This document shows positions 58,479 through 64,000 of a DNA stretch of 64,000 nt, piece after piece (position 1 is the first letter of the stretch; each line of letters opens with the position of its first letter). A program made the position numbers and the translations under genes. This stretch comes from Bdellovibrionota bacterium (GTDB lineage: Bacteria > Bdellovibrionota_C > UBA2361 > OMII01). The notes under the pieces were generated by a model, which did no database searches, was not told where the DNA came from, and saw only the letters and a list, made by a program, of their open reading frames with translations. The stretch lies in contig JBILEW010000002.1 in the NCBI GenBank assembly GCA_044351885.1, forward strand, positions 14,033-78,032, in the 5' to 3' direction.

Positions 58479-60626
58479 ATGTCCGATTCGATAGACGCTC
58501 TCTTACTCACGGTTCAAAACAAAGAGCGTAGAAATCGTACCATCTCTCTCGCGCTTCTCATCGCAGCATACCTAGCCGCGTTGGCGTTACTCGCTGTCGC
58601 TGCGTGTTGGTACGATGCGTGGCTCGCACTTGCACTGACACCATTGGTAGCAACGGCTCTGTGGTTCATCTCTCGAAAAGGCCTTCCATCACTCTCAGTT
58701 TCATCGAACGAAGCGTCGGCGCTCGTGGAGAGCGCGTTCTCTACCAAAGATAGGCTCGGCTCCTTTGTTCAACTCAGAGAGTCTACACTCGAGATCGACA
58801 CCGCGCGCCGCGAATTCATATCTCGCCAGCTGCAATCAATCGTCACGAAGATTCCAGACCTTCGAACACTTGCAGCATTTAAACCCTCCTCGACAGACCG
58901 AAATGCAGCCTTTACCGCGGTCGTGTGCGCTTTCGCGGCCTTCGCGCTCGTGTGGTTTCGTCCACGCTCTCCACTCGAAGAAGCGGCGCAAGCCATTCGC
59001 GAGATCGTAGAGCGCACTCCCGATCTACCGATCGCGTTACAGGAGAAAGCTCTCGATCTGGCTCTTACTACACAGGGATCTCCATCGGACGCCTCCAAGA
59101 TCTCCGAAGCTCTCGAGCGAACACGACAAGAGCTGAGCGAGGCGATCAACGAGAACTCCTCCCCTTCCGGGCGCGATCTTTCTCAATCCGAGTCTTCGGA
59201 AAGCTCGCCGAATGCCCCCTCTGAAAAACCGCAGCTCTCTCCCAAAAAGAGCGATGAGCCGAAAAATCGCTCCGAACAAAAGAGCCCCCCGGCGCCTGAG
59301 CCGCAGAACAAACAGACGAACGAGAGCAAAGAGCAGCGCCAAGAAGACGATCGCAGAGAGCAGAAGAGCCCCAGAGATCCCAAGCAAGAGGACACCCAGA
59401 AAGAAGAGCAGCAGGAGAAGGAACAAAATCAACAGCAAGCGGATCAACGCGATTCGCAATCGTCTTCACAGGACTCTTCGAAAGACTCGAAGTCCGAGTC
59501 TCAGAAAGAGGGGAGCGGTCAACAGCAAGGCTCGCAGGACCAGAAATCGCAGCAGAAACAGGGGGAATCTCAATCCGAGCAGGGCAGCTCCGGCCAACAG
59601 CAGAGCTCAGAACAACAGCAGTCGCAGCAAGCCGGTAGTGGGCAACAGGAAGAGTCACAGGATCAGCAATCCGGTGGCCAGCAGGGCGAGGGACAAGGGC
59701 AGGGGAGTGGATCTGCTAAAGGTCAAAATGATTCGCAGCAAGAGGGATCCAAAGGCTCGCCCTCGTCCTCTGGCAAAGGCCAAGGAGACGGGGAACAGAA
59801 GTCCGGCGAGCCCAGCGGTTCACAGCAGCAAGGACAGGCTGGTTCATCACCCTCTCAGTCAGGTGAGCAGGGTGTAGAACAAGCGCTCAACCAACTCGAT
59901 CAAGCCCTTCAACAGATGGAGCAAGCCGTCGAGCAGCTCGAACAACAAGAGCAAGGTTCTGAAGGTCAAGGAGGCTCAGGGGACAAGGAATCATCAGGCG
60001 AAGCTAACGAACAGCAAGGCCAGAAAGGACAAAGCGGACAGAAAGAGTCGCCCGACGACAAAGCTGGCCAGAACAGCAAGGACTCACAGAAGGGATCAAA
60101 GGGTGAAGGAAGCGGGAAGGAGCCCAACGACCCTTCGCAGCAACAATCCTCCAAGCAGGGAGATGGGCAAAAGAGCGAACCGAACGACCGATCTTCATCT
60201 CAGAACGAGAGCGACAAAGAGGGTGGCGAAAAGGGGGAGAAGGGCTCACAAGGTGGCGATGATTCGCTTAACAAAGGGGAGTCGAAGGAGCAACAGGAGC
60301 AAGGCCCAGAGGGACGTGACGATGGCAGCGGTGAAAAATCCTCAATGCCGGATCGAAATGCGAAGACCAAAGAGATCGGCGATATGGGGGAGGGGCCTGG
60401 CAGCGAGGGCCTCGGAGCAAACACGGCGTTCAAAGAGTCGGAGATAACCTCACAGGACGAGAAGTTCGATACTCGCTACACCGGCAACGATTCATCCCTC
60501 GAAAAGAACAAAGCTCCGGCTGAACCAAAGACCTCGATAGAAGACGTGACACTCGCGAAGCCAAAGGGATCGAAAGAGAAAGACGAACAGCCGATACCCC
60601 TCGAGTATAGGGATATTTTGAAGTAG
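58479..60626 (+). CDS. Membrane-anchored protein with a very long Q/S/E/G/K-rich low-complexity region
   Basis: Two N-terminal TM helices (ISLALLIAAYLAALALLAVAACW, LALTPLVATALWFI). About 400 aa of QQ/SQ/EQ/GQ repeats. C-terminus PIPLEYRDILK. Confidence 0.7.
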   Translation: MSDSIDALLLTVQNKERRNRTISLALLIAAYLAALALLAVAACWYDAWLALALTPLVATALWFISRKGLPSLSVSSNEASALVESAFSTKDRLGSFVQLRESTLEIDTARREFISRQLQSIVTKIPDLRTLAAFKPSSTDRNAAFTAVVCAFAAFALVWFRPRSPLEEAAQAIREIVERTPDLPIALQEKALDLALTTQGSPSDASKISEALERTRQELSEAINENSSPSGRDLSQSESSESSPNAPSEKPQLSPKKSDEPKNRSEQKSPPAPEPQNKQTNESKEQRQEDDRREQKSPRDPKQEDTQKEEQQEKEQNQQQADQRDSQSSSQDSSKDSKSESQKEGSGQQQGSQDQKSQQKQGESQSEQGSSGQQQSSEQQQSQQAGSGQQEESQDQQSGGQQGEGQGQGSGSAKGQNDSQQEGSKGSPSSSGKGQGDGEQKSGEPSGSQQQGQAGSSPSQSGEQGVEQALNQLDQALQQMEQAVEQLEQQEQGSEGQGGSGDKESSGEANEQQGQKGQSGQKESPDDKAGQNSKDSQKGSKGEGSGKEPNDPSQQQSSKQGDGQKSEPNDRSSSQNESDKEGGEKGEKGSQGGDDSLNKGESKEQQEQGPEGRDDGSGEKSSMPDRNAKTKEIGDMGEGPGSEGLGANTAFKESEITSQDEKFDTRYTGNDSSLEKNKAPAEPKTSIEDVTLAKPKGSKEKDEQPIPLEYRDILK

Positions 60627-60635
60627 GTAAGAAGA

Positions 60636-60914
60636 CTAGGACCGCACACGGATCCACTCGTTCATTTTCTCCGCACTCGGCGCTCGAAGCTCGGCTTCTG
60701 TTTTTGCAAGATCTGCAACTATGGTGAAGATGCTCCAATCAGGAGCTCTTTCTCGAGTATCAATTTTTCGTACTATCGACGACTCAATCGCCCGCCATGA
60801 CACAGTTCGACCCTGCGCAGCGTGTACGTCTAGCAATCTACCCCAGCACGGCATATTGGTATCGACTCCTGCCTCGTTAATCGGGAATAGCTCTATCACC
60901 TCTCCGCCTGGCAT
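60636..60914 (-). CDS. Hypothetical small protein (92 aa), possibly a gene fragment
   Basis: ORF only. The same frame stays open 38 codons upstream of the ATG without a usable start (includes CPQCAGDC). Confidence 0.3.
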   Translation of the reverse strand: MPGGEVIELFPINEAGVDTNMPCWGRLLDVHAAQGRTVSWRAIESSIVRKIDTRERAPDWSIFTIVADLAKTEAELRAPSAEKMNEWIRVRS

Positions 60915-61120
60915 ATAGAGTGTGTTGAAAAGTCCCGCTCCGGGAGCTCTGAATTTGAGAGCGGTGAGGGGCGTAGCGCTATAGAGCTGCCTGCAATCTC
61001 CTGCGCACTGAGGACACTTCCTTTTTCCTTATCTGCATTGGGCATGCCGGAGATATGGGAGAGGTCCACGGGCCGGTAGCATATCCTAAAAAAGGCCGGT
61101 AAAATCTACTACTAGCAGCC

Positions 61121-62185
61121 TCATGCTCTCCAGCTCAGCCTTCCAGCAAACGAAACCTCAGCCTTCCCGGCCTTGATCACACCGATAGGATAGGTGTGGT
61201 GGCCGTATTTTTCTAGGATCGCTATCGTCTTCTCGACATCACCTGCTCGCACCACCGCAGTAAGACCGACACCGCAATTGAGCGAACGCAGCATCTCTTC
61301 GTCGCTAATCGCGCCGATATCGCGGATCACTTTGAACACGGGGAGAACTTTAATTCTCGAAGCATCGACCTCCGCATGCGCACCCTGCGGTAGCACCCTC
61401 ACCAGATTTCCGGCGATTCCCCCCCCCGTGATGTGCGCAAGACCGGTCACACGCACCTGCGCAAAGAGCTCCTGCAGCGCCTTGCTGTAGCACGTGTGAG
61501 GTTCAAGAACTGCGTCTAAAAACGTTTGGCCACCGGCTATCTCCGATGAACCCAGATCCGGGTGCGCATCGAGTAGACTTCGCACGAGTGTATATCCGTT
61601 CGTGTGCAACCCATTCGAGGCCACTGCCAACACGACATCACCCTCTCGTATCGCAGAGCCATCCACGATCTTCTCTTTGTCTACGACACCGAGAGCTGCT
61701 GCACTCAAGATATAGGAGCCTGCAGGGAGCACTCGCGGCTGTTCGGAGGTCTCTCCACCCACGAGATCGCAATCTTGCGCACGGCACGCATCTGCAACCG
61801 ACGCAACGAGTTCAACGACAACCTCTTTTTCAAGAGCTCCGCACACGATCGTATCGAGAACAGCGATTGGCCGCGCGCCCATAACCACAACGTCGTTGAT
61901 GAGGTGATTGACGAGATCGTATCCGACCCCAGCAAGCCGCTTGTGCTGAGCAGCGAGGAGCTGCTTCGACCCGGGCTCCTCCATCTTGAGCACCAGCACA
62001 GGATGCTTACAGTCGGTAAAAACGCCATCGACAAGCGATCCGAACGCCCCGAACTTGTTGAGTACACGGGGATTACTAGTCTCGAGCGACTTCGACATCA
62101 GCTTCTTGGTATCATCAGCGTTGCTGATGCTTACCCCCGCTTTCTCGTAGGTCATCCCCTCTTTCTGTCCGCCTTGTCCGCTCAT
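61121..62185 (-). CDS. purM: Phosphoribosylformylglycinamidine cyclo-ligase (AIR synthetase)
   Basis: YEKAGVSI, GVGYDLVNHLINDVVVMGA, GGETSE, and HITGGGIAGNL. The ATG at 62185 is preferred over the upstream track start at 62239. Confidence 0.9.
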   Translation of the reverse strand: MSGQGGQKEGMTYEKAGVSISNADDTKKLMSKSLETSNPRVLNKFGAFGSLVDGVFTDCKHPVLVLKMEEPGSKQLLAAQHKRLAGVGYDLVNHLINDVVVMGARPIAVLDTIVCGALEKEVVVELVASVADACRAQDCDLVGGETSEQPRVLPAGSYILSAAALGVVDKEKIVDGSAIREGDVVLAVASNGLHTNGYTLVRSLLDAHPDLGSSEIAGGQTFLDAVLEPHTCYSKALQELFAQVRVTGLAHITGGGIAGNLVRVLPQGAHAEVDASRIKVLPVFKVIRDIGAISDEEMLRSLNCGVGLTAVVRAGDVEKTIAILEKYGHHTYPIGVIKAGKAEVSFAGRLSWRA

Positions 62186-62430
62186 ATGCACCTTTATTAG
62201 GCTACTAGGCCCCCAGAAACCCAACCTTGATTTTCTCACTACGGATGGGTTTTCCCAAAGCTAACATGAGAGGGCTCAATCATACAAAACCACGGCCTCT
62301 ATGTGCGCAGCTCAGCCGCCCTGCAGGGTAATAGGACTTCCTGTGGCCACGTTAAGGGTATCGGCCTTCGATTATGCGCCGAATAGCTGGAACGAATCAC
62401 ATAGCTCGATACTATCAGGGCACCTCGCGA

Positions 62431-63987
62431 TCACCGAAGAGCAGAGCTCTCTGCGATACGCTGATAAACATTTTCACATCCTCCCCAACTTTTTACCAAA
62501 GCACCCGTCGTCTGCGGGTAAGTGGACCAAACACAGCCCTTGCTCGGTTCCCAGTTAGTCGGCAGCCCAATTGCCTTGCCTTGGCGCCAGGCATCATATC
62601 CCCACCTGATTGAAGGAATCGCAGTAACTAAGATGAAGAGCGGGAAAATCACGGCTGCGACTCGTGGTTTGAGCCGCGAGATACTCACTAACGGGAGAGC
62701 CATCGCAAGTACAACCCCTGCTTCCACGTACAGCCAGTAATATGAGACCAGGATACCTCTAGCCCAGCGAAACAACATGGCCGAGGTCACGAGAGCTATG
62801 AGCAGCACCAGAGCGGCCTCAACACTGAGCAGTCCACCGTATCGTTGACTCGCTGCCCTTAGCGTTTCGCTACCTTTACCGAGAATTGCACGCCAAAAAA
62901 CCAGACCAGTCGTCACGAACAACCAGAGAATCGCGAACATATAGTGAAGCTTTGTAACGATATAGGGGCGCTGAGTCTCCTCGAGGCTAAAAAGGGTACT
63001 TCCGGTATTCACCAGAACCGTCTTTAGGAAGGGAAAAAATGTACTCAGCTCGGCAGTTGGGCACTTACCCAAATTGCACATATCCTGGAGTTTTTCCCGC
63101 GCATTTACACTCGTGTAGAGGGGGTACGCCGTGTAAGGAGCAGTTTGCAGTAGCGTGCCAACGTACGATCCTGCGGTGATCAACAGCACCAGGGTCAAAA
63201 ACGAGCCCCACTTCGCATGTCGGTTAATAATCCAGATAAACACCGCGAAGCTAACTATAACTGAAAGATGATATACTGAGACGCGAAGAAAAAGGGACGC
63301 GTCTGCTAGGAGCGCACCCGTTAAGACCGCAATCCAAGCACGACCCCAGAAAGGCAGATCGCTACGCTCCTGTGCCACAGTACTGTCACGCCCATCGAGC
63401 CGATCGATCGCCTGAACAAGAAACGGGACCACTAAGAAGAAGGGAAACATGAGAAGCGACTGAACTTTGGTCGATAATTGCAAATAAAGGCAAGCTCCAA
63501 GTGCGCCTGCCGACAAAGCGTACCTCAATCGACTCGTCGGCCGCGCCAGGAGGATGAGGATGATCACGGAAACCCACCACAAAAGCGCCGATAGAGACTC
63601 CGTGCGAATGATCTGCGATTGAAGAAACGTTCCATAACCGGAAGCATACAAACAGCCCACATACACTCCTACCCAGAGACGCCGGGTCAAGAGGTAGGAG
63701 GCAACTGCGCAGGCATGAACCGCGCCGACCATTACCAGAGCGGCCAATACTCGACCAGCAACCGTACTAGCAAAGAGCGCTTCGACATAGGTCATCGGAC
63801 TGCTTATCCCCGACAGATCCCTAAAACCTAGTGCTCCAGTCCAGAACAGGAATGAAAACCACCATCCTAGTAGCCGAATTGGCGCATCACCCGGATGGTC
63901 CAAGTAGCTTGGGATCGCTCCGCCGTTTACATCCAGCGCCTGCATCGACATGAGGCTATCAATATCGGCGATCCGGAAATACGTCAT
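62431..63987 (-). CDS. Large polytopic membrane protein (possibly a GT-C/ArnT-like glycosyltransferase fold; function unassigned)
   Basis: 518 aa with more than 10 hydrophobic segments. No catalytic motif confidently recognised. Confidence 0.6.
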   Translation of the reverse strand: MTYFRIADIDSLMSMQALDVNGGAIPSYLDHPGDAPIRLLGWWFSFLFWTGALGFRDLSGISSPMTYVEALFASTVAGRVLAALVMVGAVHACAVASYLLTRRLWVGVYVGCLYASGYGTFLQSQIIRTESLSALLWWVSVIILILLARPTSRLRYALSAGALGACLYLQLSTKVQSLLMFPFFLVVPFLVQAIDRLDGRDSTVAQERSDLPFWGRAWIAVLTGALLADASLFLRVSVYHLSVIVSFAVFIWIINRHAKWGSFLTLVLLITAGSYVGTLLQTAPYTAYPLYTSVNAREKLQDMCNLGKCPTAELSTFFPFLKTVLVNTGSTLFSLEETQRPYIVTKLHYMFAILWLFVTTGLVFWRAILGKGSETLRAASQRYGGLLSVEAALVLLIALVTSAMLFRWARGILVSYYWLYVEAGVVLAMALPLVSISRLKPRVAAVIFPLFILVTAIPSIRWGYDAWRQGKAIGLPTNWEPSKGCVWSTYPQTTGALVKSWGGCENVYQRIAESSALR

Positions 63988-64000
63988 TGCAGGGTCAAAG

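Noticed and set aside
59037-59658. Several 70-220-aa ORFs on both strands within the low-complexity gene
   Set aside because: They are artefacts of the compositionally biased CAG/GAA-rich sequence. Only the 715-aa frame has a TM anchor and a start coupled to mltG.
61429-61437. C9 homopolymer (G9 on the coding strand) inside purM, considered as a slipped-strand phase-variation tract
   Set aside because: It encodes the conserved TGGG of the HITGGG motif in an essential biosynthetic gene. The reading frame is intact, and there is no reason to expect phase variation.

Overview
Chromosomal window of about 55 percent GC (judged by eye) from a Gram-negative bacterium. The gene order parA-parB-bactofilin-atpF'FHAGDC resembles what I recall from deltaproteobacteria-type lineages (Desulfuromonadota, Myxococcota, Bdellovibrionota). 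That placement is inference only. I support about 57 protein-coding genes, and most are housekeeping: F1Fo ATP synthase, parABS, prfB with its programmed +1 frameshift, phoH-pgpH-ybeY, hflKC, recJ, rppH, purM, mltG, ruvX, cinA, an M23 peptidase, NDH-2, pilD with a sigma-54 activator, and a GspE/PilB ATPase. I found no rRNA, tRNA or CRISPR array. The left 9 kb is the only part that looks accessory. It holds a truncated DUF4143 AAA ATPase, secreted lipoproteins, a decayed IS1182-like transposase and two large orphan ORFs. I see no recognisable defence or toxin system. The observations most worth following up are: (1) three families of intergenic palindromic repeats, including a MITE-like element nested inside another repeat with a 6-bp target-site duplication; (2) an alpha-oxoamine-synthase homologue that has lost its PLP lysine and both histidines, sitting at the head of the parABS locus next to three perfect palindromic parS sites; (3) orphan gene sets at 5218-8688 and 14260-18164; (4) a tandem pair of Bor-family lipoproteins bracketed by REP-like elements; (5) a membrane-anchored protein with a roughly 400-aa Q/S/E/G/K-rich low-complexity region; (6) degenerate signalling or enzyme folds (a pseudo-receiver with a DHp-like segment, and a PPP-like phosphoesterase with DxEG in place of DxHG). 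All family assignments come from motif recognition by eye, without database searches.
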